From the NCBI GenBank assembly GCA_947478175.1, contig CANJUQ010000009.1:169-64168 (forward strand): DNA of 64,000 nt, read 5' to 3'. Shown one piece after another: positions 56,571-64,000 of the stretch. The first letter of the stretch is position 1, and each line of letters opens with the position of its first letter. Source of the stretch: Thiotrichales bacterium. GTDB taxonomy: Bacteria; Pseudomonadota; Gammaproteobacteria; Francisellales; CACEW01. The notes beneath the pieces are model-generated. The model saw nothing but the letters and a program-made list of their open reading frames with translations. It had not been told where the DNA came from and did no database searches. A program made the translations under genes and the position numbers.

Positions 56571-58318
56571 TCCAAAGAGAGATTGATTTTGATTATCAAA
56601 AATTACTAGAACAATCGGGTATTTCATCTCGCATTGCGAAAATCATCGCGGCTAGACCTAAACATGCTCATGCCATCCCTCAGGCTAGTTTTAGTCCCAA
56701 GCTCCAGTATTTAACTTCGCCTTTGGGTCTCAAAGATATTCAAAAAGCAGTCGATAGATTAATTCAAGCGATAGACAACCAAGAAATCATTGGTATTGAG
56801 ACAGACCATGATTGCGATGGTCAGACAGCTCATGCTGTTATTTTTTCAGCCCTAAAAGATATTTTTGGCGTGCCTGAAAAAAATATCCGGTCTTATATTG
56901 GCCATCGAATGAAAGAAGGGTATGGCTTATCAGACGCTGTGTGTGATCGAATTTTACAAGATCAGCCCAGGCCCAGTGTTTTAATTACTGCAGATAATGG
57001 TAGTGCAGATGAACTCAGAATAGCTCGGCTAAAAGCTGAAAATATGGATGTCATCGTGACAGATCATCATGAAGTTCCCTTAGCTGGGGCGCCTCAAAGT
57101 GCTTATGCCTGTTTGAATCCCACGCGTGAAGATTGCGATTTTGAAGATCCCTATATCGCTGGTTGTATGGTCGCTTGGTTATTCATGGCTGCAGTAAATC
57201 AAAAATTAAAATTAGAAAAAAAAATAAAACCCAATGTTCCTAGTTTGGGCAGTTTGTTAGATTTCGTTGCGGTTGGAACCATTGCTGATTGTGTGAGTTT
57301 AAGCCGCAGTATTAATAATCGAGCCGTAGTTCAGGCGGGGTTAGAAAAAATTAATCAGCTTTCCAGACCTTGTTGGCAAGCGATCAAGCCTTTAATTAAA
57401 AATCCAAAAATCACCAGCAGTGACTGTGGTTTTTTAATTGGGCCCCTGCTGAACAGTGATGGACGATTGTCAGATGCTTTCGGTTCTGTAAGTTTTTTAT
57501 TGTCTAACTCTTTAGAAGAGGCAGCACCGTGGGCAAAAGTTTTACATTCTCAAAATGAAACCCGTAAAAAAATTCAGAAAAAAATGACAGAAGATGCCAT
57601 GCAATTGGCTAAACAGCAGGTGGATTCTGGAAAAGTCTCAATTGTTTTATTTTTACCAGAAGGCCATGCGGGCATTCATGGGATCAGCGCCAGTCGAATC
57701 AAAGATTTGTTTGGCCGGCCTGTGATTATCTTTTCGCCTAAAGAAGGTGAGTTGGAGATTATTACTGGATCGGCCAGAAGCATCGATGAAATCCATCTCA
57801 AAGAAATCCTGGATCAAGTCGCCCAAAAGATTCCAGAGATTGTCTTAAAACATGGCGGTCATAAAGGCGCAGCTGGGGTGGGAATTAAAAAATCAGGATT
57901 AGAAATCTTTGCGAATTATTTTGAATCTGAAGTTTTGAAAAAAATTAATATTAAAAATATCGGACCCAAAATTTGGGTTGATGGCTGTTTAGAGCCCGAA
58001 GAAATTAATTTAAATCTTTTGGATCAGCTTCAAGAACTAGAACCTTTTGGACGCGAATTCGAAGCGCCGTTGTTTCAGATTCAGGCCAAGGTTAATAGCC
58101 CTAGAGCCGTAGGTGATGGCTCGCATCTCCAATGTGAAATGGTTTTAGAGAATGGCGATGTTCATAAATCTATTTTCTTTGGTGGTGCGGTGAATCAAGA
58201 TTTATCTAGGCTGGCGGGTCAGCCTGTTCAGGCCATTATTGAGCTGACAGAAAATTATTTTCGAGGCCGAAATTTAAATTTATTAATCAGACACTGGGAA
58301 TTATTGGGAGAAAAATAA
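56555..58318 (+). CDS. recJ: single-stranded-DNA-specific exonuclease RecJ
   Basis: DHH-family motifs (ETDHDCDGQTA, ITADNGS, IVTDHHE) and the DHHA1 motif GGHKGAAG. Confidence 0.92.
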   Translation: MQPQIIQREIDFDYQKLLEQSGISSRIAKIIAARPKHAHAIPQASFSPKLQYLTSPLGLKDIQKAVDRLIQAIDNQEIIGIETDHDCDGQTAHAVIFSALKDIFGVPEKNIRSYIGHRMKEGYGLSDAVCDRILQDQPRPSVLITADNGSADELRIARLKAENMDVIVTDHHEVPLAGAPQSAYACLNPTREDCDFEDPYIAGCMVAWLFMAAVNQKLKLEKKIKPNVPSLGSLLDFVAVGTIADCVSLSRSINNRAVVQAGLEKINQLSRPCWQAIKPLIKNPKITSSDCGFLIGPLLNSDGRLSDAFGSVSFLLSNSLEEAAPWAKVLHSQNETRKKIQKKMTEDAMQLAKQQVDSGKVSIVLFLPEGHAGIHGISASRIKDLFGRPVIIFSPKEGELEIITGSARSIDEIHLKEILDQVAQKIPEIVLKHGGHKGAAGVGIKKSGLEIFANYFESEVLKKINIKNIGPKIWVDGCLEPEEINLNLLDQLQELEPFGREFEAPLFQIQAKVNSPRAVGDGSHLQCEMVLENGDVHKSIFFGGAVNQDLSRLAGQPVQAIIELTENYFRGRNLNLLIRHWELLGEK

Positions 58319-59022
58319 TGAATTATTTCTCAGAGATGCATCCAAATAAATCAAAAGCTCTGATGTTGGCAAAGCGTCAATTATCAGAACTTGTTTTTGA
58401 TGCCGTGAATCTAGAAGGCATTAATTTTACTTTGCCAGAAGTTCAAACTTTGTTAGATGGCATTACGATTGGTGGGAGAAAGCTCACAGATCAGCAAATT
58501 GCCATTAATCAGGCCAATGCTTGGAAATTTATTTTTAACTCAGTGAATCAAAATAGTTTTAATCTTTCTGCTGAATTTTCATGTGAAGTCCATAAAATTT
58601 CCGGGTTTCAAGAAGCCTTGGAATGGGGAAAATTTAGATCAGGTTCGGTGACCATTGCAGGGACAGATTATCAGCCGCCTAAAGCACAAGATTTAAAAAA
58701 TAACTGGGACGAAATGATTTCAGTATTATTTTCAACAGAGTCTAAAGAACCAGATTTAATTTATGACCAGGCGATTGGATTATTTTTGCAGATGGCCAGG
58801 AATCAATTTTTCTATGATGTAAATAAGCGCATGGGAAGATTTTTCATGAATGGATTTTTATTATCTAAGGGCTATCCCGTGATTAATTTACCCGCTAAAA
58901 AACAGCTGGAATTTAATAATCTGATGCTGGATTTTTATGGGTCAAACCAAATGGGTCCCATGATTAGTTTTATGAAAAATTGTTTAGATCCCAGAGTGAT
59001 TGAGATCATGAGTGAAACTTAG
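58318..59022 (+). CDS. Fic-fold (Fido) protein with degenerate active-site motif
   Basis: 234 aa. The ATG overlaps the recJ stop (TAATG). The layout is Fic-like (NLEGINFTLPEV, GKFRSGSVTIAG..YQPP). However, the HPFxDGNGRxxR position reads QFFYDVNKRMGR (58804-58839), so the catalytic His and both Gly are lost. Confidence 0.6.
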   Translation: MNYFSEMHPNKSKALMLAKRQLSELVFDAVNLEGINFTLPEVQTLLDGITIGGRKLTDQQIAINQANAWKFIFNSVNQNSFNLSAEFSCEVHKISGFQEALEWGKFRSGSVTIAGTDYQPPKAQDLKNNWDEMISVLFSTESKEPDLIYDQAIGLFLQMARNQFFYDVNKRMGRFFMNGFLLSKGYPVINLPAKKQLEFNNLMLDFYGSNQMGPMISFMKNCLDPRVIEIMSET

Positions 59023-59050
59023 ATTTTCGCCGAGAATGGTGTTGAGGAGG

Positions 59051-60226
59051 TCAATAAATAACGCCTAGTTGATAACTGGTACTCCGGCCTTTACCTAAAT
59101 TTTGAATTAAGATTTTTAATTCTAATAATTCACGAATATCTCGAGCGGCTGTGTCTTGGGAGCACTTAGCTAATTTGGCGTATTTGCTAGAATTTAAATA
59201 GCCCTCAAAGTCCCCCAAAAGTTTATTCAAGATCAAAACCTGACGTGGGTTTAGCATTAAACCAGCCTGTTGAGTTTCTTGGTGGACCTGTTCCCAAAAT
59301 TTGGCTTTGTATAAAACTTTGGAAAGCAAAATATCAGCATTGGTAATACTTCTGTCGAGACAATCTAAGAACCATTCTAACCAAGGCGTGATGTCTAAAC
59401 GGCCTTTTTGTTGGCTTTCGAGCTGCTGGTAATAGTTTTTTCTTTCACTCTCAATTTGAGACGACAGGCTATAAAATCGTTTGTTGGTTTGATCGGCTTG
59501 TGACAGCGCCATATCAGAAATAGCTCGAGCGATACGGCCATTACCATCTTCAAAAGGATGAAGGGTGATAAACCATAAATGAGCAATACCTGCTTTTAAA
59601 ACAGGGTCAATAGAGTCCATGGATTCAGAATCTGAAAGCTGAGAAGAAGTCTCGTTATTAAACCAGGCTAAAAACTGATCCATCTCAGACTCTAATCTTT
59701 CTGCACTAGGGGTTTCAAAATGGATTTTTTCTTTGCCAATGGGGCCTGAGATAACTTGCATGGGGCCTGATTCTTTTGATCGCCAAGCGCCTGTTTTAAT
59801 TTTATACAGACCGCTTTGGCCCGTTGGGAATAGGGCCGCTTGCCAACGAAATAAGCGTTCAGAAGTCAGCGGTTCATCATAGTGGATCGTTGCATCCAGG
59901 ATCATATCAACGATAGCGTCAATATTGCGGCTTGATGGTATGAGACCCGCCATTTCTAAACCCATACGTCGTGCAATCGAAGAGCGGACTTCTTCAGGAT
60001 TTAAAAATTCCCCTTCGATGGCAGAAGATTTGACGATGTCTTGGGTGAGGTTAATTAAGCTGGATTCTTCTTGAAGCGAAAAACCAAGGCTGGCCATGCG
60101 GCCTAAAAGCAGGCCTTGTTGGTTTCTAACAGCGGCAAGTTTTGTCGTGAGTGTTTTGCTGTTCCAAGAAAATACAGGCCAATGAGGCTGCTCATGAATA
60201 TAAGTCACTAGATATAATCTCCGCAT
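59051..60226 (-). CDS. Fic family protein (AMPylase-type) with N-terminal extension and C-terminal wHTH
   Basis: Canonical HPFEDGNGRIAR motif, an N-terminal inhibitory-helix-type motif SSAIEG, and a C-terminal winged-helix-like region (SKYAKLAKCSQDTAARDIRELLELKIL). Confidence 0.85.
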   Translation of the reverse strand: MRRLYLVTYIHEQPHWPVFSWNSKTLTTKLAAVRNQQGLLLGRMASLGFSLQEESSLINLTQDIVKSSAIEGEFLNPEEVRSSIARRMGLEMAGLIPSSRNIDAIVDMILDATIHYDEPLTSERLFRWQAALFPTGQSGLYKIKTGAWRSKESGPMQVISGPIGKEKIHFETPSAERLESEMDQFLAWFNNETSSQLSDSESMDSIDPVLKAGIAHLWFITLHPFEDGNGRIARAISDMALSQADQTNKRFYSLSSQIESERKNYYQQLESQQKGRLDITPWLEWFLDCLDRSITNADILLSKVLYKAKFWEQVHQETQQAGLMLNPRQVLILNKLLGDFEGYLNSSKYAKLAKCSQDTAARDIRELLELKILIQNLGKGRSTSYQLGVIY

Positions 60227-60311
60227 ATTTTGCGGATATTATAGGATTTATTCTCCTTAAAAGACATAATCTCCGCATATTTTGCGGAGATTAATGGCTT
60301 TATTCTCCGCA
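60214..60311 (-). promoter_or_regulatory. duplicated palindromic operator-like sites and -10 hexamer at the fic start
   Basis: A 23-nt direct repeat ATAATCTCCGCATATTTTGCGGA lies at 60214-60236 and 60266-60288. The second copy forms the perfect palindrome AATCTCCGCA-TATTT-TGCGGAGATT. A third half-site TCTCCGCA lies at 60304-60311. A minus-strand TATAAT (60243-60238) lies 11 nt upstream of the ATG (60226). Confidence 0.5.
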
Positions 60312-60325
60312 TTTTTAATTTTTAG

Positions 60326-60613
60326 TTATTTAGGGGTAAATCCCGATGGTTTTTCAGAACCCGTTCCAAATAAAAACTTTTCTCGTTCTGTGGCTAAAAA
60401 GCTTCTGGCTTTAGGATCTACCAGGCTTAAACGATATTCGTTAATCAGCATAGTTTGGTGTCCCAGCCATTCTTCCCAAGCTTTTTTACAAATATTTTGA
60501 AATATTTTTTCGCCTGTTAGGCCGGGTAAAGGCTGGGATTCTAGGCCTTCTGCTTCGCAGTGATGCTTTTGGCAGTAGACCATTTTGGAGAGTTCAGAAG
60601 AAGATTCAGACAT
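60326..60613 (-). CDS. yggX: Fe(2+)-trafficking protein YggX
   Basis: The conserved core EAEGLESQPLPG...KAWEEWLGHQTMLINEYRL matches E. coli YggX. The true start may be the internal Met at 60583. Confidence 0.85.
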   Translation of the reverse strand: MSESSSELSKMVYCQKHHCEAEGLESQPLPGLTGEKIFQNICKKAWEEWLGHQTMLINEYRLSLVDPKARSFLATEREKFLFGTGSEKPSGFTPK

Positions 60614-60780
60614 GAATTAATAAGCCTTTTGAAATTTAAAAAGGACGGGAAGATAACATGAAAAATCTTGTTGATTAACCCATTCAAACCAAAAACTATC
60701 TATTCAGAATGGATACTTTCCCCCCAAACTATCTATCCATAATAGATAGATTTGAATTTTGATTTTTCTGCTTCCTATAG

Positions 60781-60818
60781 ACGGGCCTCTATTGATATAT
60801 TGCCCCGTTTATTTTTTT
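60781..60818 (+). terminator. orphan terminator-like hairpin in the gltX leader
   Basis: ACGGG(C)C...G(C)CCCGT stem (60781-60808) followed by TTATTTTTTT, 25 nt upstream of the gltX ATG. The upstream gene is divergent. Confidence 0.35.
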
Positions 60819-60842
60819 AGCTTTTTAGGAATTTTTTTAACC

Positions 60843-62291
60843 ATGTCTGATGCTGTTAATTCTCAAACTCAAATTCAAACTGTCCGTACTCGCTTTGCAC
60901 CCAGTCCAACGGGGGATTTGCATATTGGAAGTGCCAGAACGGCTTTGTTTTCTTATCTAGCAGCCAGACATAGTAACGGTGTTTTTATTCTCAGAATTGA
61001 AGACACGGATTTAGAAAGGTCGAACGAATCTAGTGTCAAAGCCATTTTTGATGGCATGGCTTGGTTAAATTTAAATTATGATGAAGGTCCTTTTTTTCAG
61101 ACCAAAAGATTTGAAAGATATAAAGAAGTCGCTGAAGAATTGGTTAAAAAAAATCAGGCATATCGCTGTAATTGTTCGAAAGAAAGATTGGAAAAACTAC
61201 GGGAAGATCAGATGTCCAAAGGCGAGAAGCCTCGATATGATCATCATTGCCGCGAGTTAAATCTTGAAAAAGATCAGACTCAAAACAGCGCTCAAGTGAT
61301 TAGATTTAAAAATCCATTAGAAGGCCATGTGAGCTGGGATGATTTAGTCAGGGGCCCCATTAGTTTTTCAAATCATGAGTTAGACGACATGATTATCTGG
61401 CGTAGTGATCACTCACCGACTTATAACTTCAGCGTGGTTGTCGATGATTTCGATATGAAAATTACCCATGTGGTTAGGGGCGATGATCATGTGAATAACA
61501 CGCCCCGGCAAATTAATATTTTTAAAGCTTTGAATTTTCCCTGTCCGAATTTTGCGCATGTCAGCATGATCCTGGGCGAAGATGGTAAAAAATTATCTAA
61601 ACGCCATGGAGCGACCAGTGTGGTCGACTATAGAGAGCAAGGTTACTTCCCAGAAGCGTTATTAAATTATTTAGTGAGATTAGGTTGGTCTCATGGGGAT
61701 CAAGAAATATTTAGCCCTGAAGAAATGATTAAATATTTTAATCTAACAGGCGTGAATGCAGCGCCAGCAGCCATGAATGTCAGTAAATTAAATTGGGTCA
61801 ATCAGCAATATTTAAAAAACTCCCCGATCGAAAAAATCATGCCAGAGATTCAATACCATTTTGATAAAGCAGGACTGGATTTATCTTTATCCAATGGCCC
61901 TGAGATTAAAAACTTGATTCCTCTATTAGCAGATCGAGTTCATACCTTGGTCGAATTAGTAGGCTCAGCTCGGTATTTTTATCAAGAATTCGAAGCCATT
62001 GATCCAGCAGCTGCAGCTAAGTTTTTAAAACCAGAATCTAAAGGGCCTTTAGAATTGGTTTTGAATAAATTAAAAAATCTAGATTCAGATTCTTGGAATT
62101 CAGAATTAATTCATAAAGCAATTCATGACGTCGCTGAAGAATTAGCGATTGGCATGGGAAAAATTGGCATGCCCTTAAGAGTCGCCGTGACGGGGACGAG
62201 CCAATCTCCAGCGATTGAAGAGACCGTAAAATTAATTGGCAAAGAGAGAGTTTTAAAGAGAATCGAAAGGGCAATTAAATTATTAGGATAA
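60843..62291 (+). CDS. gltX: glutamate--tRNA ligase
   Basis: RTRFAPSPTGDLHIGSARTALF (HIGH) and KLSKRHG (KMSKS). The start is taken at MSDAVNSQ because the track extension from 60759 runs through the leader hairpin. Confidence 0.92.
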   Translation: MSDAVNSQTQIQTVRTRFAPSPTGDLHIGSARTALFSYLAARHSNGVFILRIEDTDLERSNESSVKAIFDGMAWLNLNYDEGPFFQTKRFERYKEVAEELVKKNQAYRCNCSKERLEKLREDQMSKGEKPRYDHHCRELNLEKDQTQNSAQVIRFKNPLEGHVSWDDLVRGPISFSNHELDDMIIWRSDHSPTYNFSVVVDDFDMKITHVVRGDDHVNNTPRQINIFKALNFPCPNFAHVSMILGEDGKKLSKRHGATSVVDYREQGYFPEALLNYLVRLGWSHGDQEIFSPEEMIKYFNLTGVNAAPAAMNVSKLNWVNQQYLKNSPIEKIMPEIQYHFDKAGLDLSLSNGPEIKNLIPLLADRVHTLVELVGSARYFYQEFEAIDPAAAAKFLKPESKGPLELVLNKLKNLDSDSWNSELIHKAIHDVAEELAIGMGKIGMPLRVAVTGTSQSPAIEETVKLIGKERVLKRIERAIKLLG

Positions 62292-62311
62292 TTTTGATTT
62301 TTAAAAATCCC

Positions 62312-63934
62312 CTAATGCAGCTCTGTCAGATGCAATGCTTTAACTTGCTTGAAAACTTCAGCGTCTGGCACGCGTAAATAAGTTGCTAGTAAGAAAATCA
62401 ACCCAGAAAATACAAGCTGTCCTAGCATCTCTGCTGTAGTGGATAGGTAACTTAATCCACCGAAATTACCGAGATAAGAAAAAATAGCCAGGCCTAAGAG
62501 ATAAAGCCAGAGCCATATAGCGCCTCTGATGTGAAGTGAATTGACAGTGTCATGATGATGCGGGTGAGAACATGATTTTTTATGTTTTCTATGTCTTTGG
62601 TATTTTTTAGAATGCGAATAAATTCCAAAAATAATGAACCCAGCCGCTAGAGCAATGATCATTTTCCAGAGGATTTCCCAGCCGGACCAGTAAACTAATA
62701 AAGTACAAATATAAAAGCTGATAAAGGCCCAGAATTTCCCTACAGGTAATTTTAAAGGGCGGTGTTGATTGGGTAATTGATGACGCAGTGCGGCAAGAGA
62801 CAAAGGCCCAATCGTATAAGTGACGGCTAAAAGAGAACTCATGAAAGCGACCATGTTATTCCAACCGGGTAAGGGGAAGAACAAGAACAATCCCAGAATA
62901 AAATTAACAATCACAGCTGACATCGGGTGATGTTGAGGGCTTAATTTGGTTAGAAAAGCAGGGGCGTGGCCATTTTTAGCCATGCCATATAAAGACCGCG
63001 AAGCGGCTGAACAATACATGAGTCCTGCGGCCAAGGGCGCAACGATGGCACCTAGGTAGAGCAATGGCATAAAGACAGATTGCCCATTTTGAGAAAGGAC
63101 AGAGGCTAAAGGACTTTGAGGAATAGACAGGCTTAGATTTTGAAAACCATGGAGTAAATTAGAGGCCCCTAAAGAGTTTAAAAAGCCGACTTGAAGCAAT
63201 AAAAATAAACCCATGGCAATTAAAACAGAACCCAAAATAGCCAAAGGGACAGAACGTTTTGGATTTTTAGCTTCGCCAGCTAACTCAGCTGCTTGTTTAA
63301 AGCCATTAAACGCAAACAAGATTCCGCCACTGACTAAAGCCCCGAAGACGCCATGGATTCCCATGGGTAAAAATTCGCTGTGGCCTGGGTGAAATGGGGA
63401 AAAGAGATAACGTGAGCTGAATAAAATCACGAGGCCAATGAGCACTAAGATAATCACTTTCATCGTCGTCAAAAAAGAATTGGCACGAATCAATAAGCGA
63501 ACTGAGTAAGTATTTAAAAAGCTAATTAAGAACATGAGAAAAGCAGCGGCAATCAGGCCTCGATGAGTGAGCCCACCCTGAGGAAAAGTCAGAGAAGGAA
63601 AATAATAAGACGCATACTGCAAAACAGATTGAACTTCGATCGCCATAAAAGACACATAAGAAAGCCAAACGGTCCAAGCAAAAGCAAAGCTGACTAAAGG
63701 TCCATGAGTGAGCTGGGGAATACGAGTGCTTGCACCAGAGATGGGGAGCATGCTGGAAACTTCAGCAAAGACAAAAGCAATAATAAGAATAAAGAACCCA
63801 CCAATGACCCACGCTAAAAGAGATCCTGGTCCAGCGAGTGTCGACGTGTAGTAAGCGGAAAAAAGCCAGCCTGAGCCAATGATGGCGGAGAGTGATGTGA
63901 GTAAGAGTCCAAAAGTGGAGATTGTTCTTTTCAT
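62312..63934 (-). CDS. APC-superfamily amino acid permease with C-terminal extension
   Basis: 540 aa. The polytopic core is typical of amino acid/polyamine permeases. A His/Lys-rich loop (KKYQRHRKHKKSCSHPHHHD) is followed by two further hydrophobic segments. Confidence 0.8.
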   Translation of the reverse strand: MKRTISTFGLLLTSLSAIIGSGWLFSAYYTSTLAGPGSLLAWVIGGFFILIIAFVFAEVSSMLPISGASTRIPQLTHGPLVSFAFAWTVWLSYVSFMAIEVQSVLQYASYYFPSLTFPQGGLTHRGLIAAAFLMFLISFLNTYSVRLLIRANSFLTTMKVIILVLIGLVILFSSRYLFSPFHPGHSEFLPMGIHGVFGALVSGGILFAFNGFKQAAELAGEAKNPKRSVPLAILGSVLIAMGLFLLLQVGFLNSLGASNLLHGFQNLSLSIPQSPLASVLSQNGQSVFMPLLYLGAIVAPLAAGLMYCSAASRSLYGMAKNGHAPAFLTKLSPQHHPMSAVIVNFILGLFLFFPLPGWNNMVAFMSSLLAVTYTIGPLSLAALRHQLPNQHRPLKLPVGKFWAFISFYICTLLVYWSGWEILWKMIIALAAGFIIFGIYSHSKKYQRHRKHKKSCSHPHHHDTVNSLHIRGAIWLWLYLLGLAIFSYLGNFGGLSYLSTTAEMLGQLVFSGLIFLLATYLRVPDAEVFKQVKALHLTELH

Positions 63935-64000
63935 ACTTTGAAACAGTCCTTTAGAAAATCAGGGGATAACAGGATTTTTTTTAAGTTAATTTTTAGAGCC

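Noticed and set aside
60282-60500. A 72-aa plus-strand ORF starts MRRL.
   Set aside because: Its start is the palindromic operator read on the other strand, and it overlaps yggX in antisense. It is spurious.
60759-60842. The ORF track adds an N-terminal extension to gltX.
   Set aside because: The extension translates the leader hairpin and T-run. GluRS homology starts just after MSDAV at 60843.

Overview
This is an AT-rich gammaproteobacterial chromosome segment. Gene content and order resemble Legionellales/Coxiellaceae-type host-associated bacteria, but that taxon call is inference only. About 60 protein genes are packed tightly and most are housekeeping: asnS, a type IV pilus block (pilin-pilB-pilC), xerD, hemH and hemE. 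There is an Rrf2-regulated suf operon (sufB-C-D-S-U-A-T), an RND efflux pair, ygfB-ubiH-ubiI, coaD-ferredoxin and a lysine/alanine-rich histone H1-like gene. These are followed by trpF, a CDF transporter, pdxA, cyoABCDE, tRNA-Ser(GGA), ffs(4.5S RNA)-dnaX-ybaB-recR, pyrG, parC, ribD, kdsA-eno-ftsB, surE-nlpD, recJ, yggX, gltX and an APC permease. The accessory or unusual content is as follows. (1) A REP/RAYT system has GTAGGGGCG-headed palindromes at five or more loci. The RAYT gene carries its own REP doublet in frame, and a second copy of that doublet abuts its start codon. (2) A roughly 310-bp nested palindrome built from four REP-like units lies between two convergent orphan genes. (3) Four compositionally atypical orphan ORFs have Ser/Thr/Pro/Glu-rich tails and look like secreted effectors. 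(4) A translationally coupled pair of paralogous two-helix membrane proteins shares a four-Cys loop motif, and one has a PPxY/YxxL tail. (5) A catalytically degenerate Fic-fold gene is coupled to recJ and converges on a canonical Fic gene, whose leaderless start lies inside duplicated palindromic operators. (6) A RES-Xre toxin-antitoxin pair sits between tRNA-Ser and ffs. (7) Several orphan terminator-like hairpins in leader or divergent intergenic regions suggest sRNAs or attenuators. No rRNA, CRISPR array, prophage or classical IS element was seen. All functional calls rest on motif recognition by eye; no searches were run.
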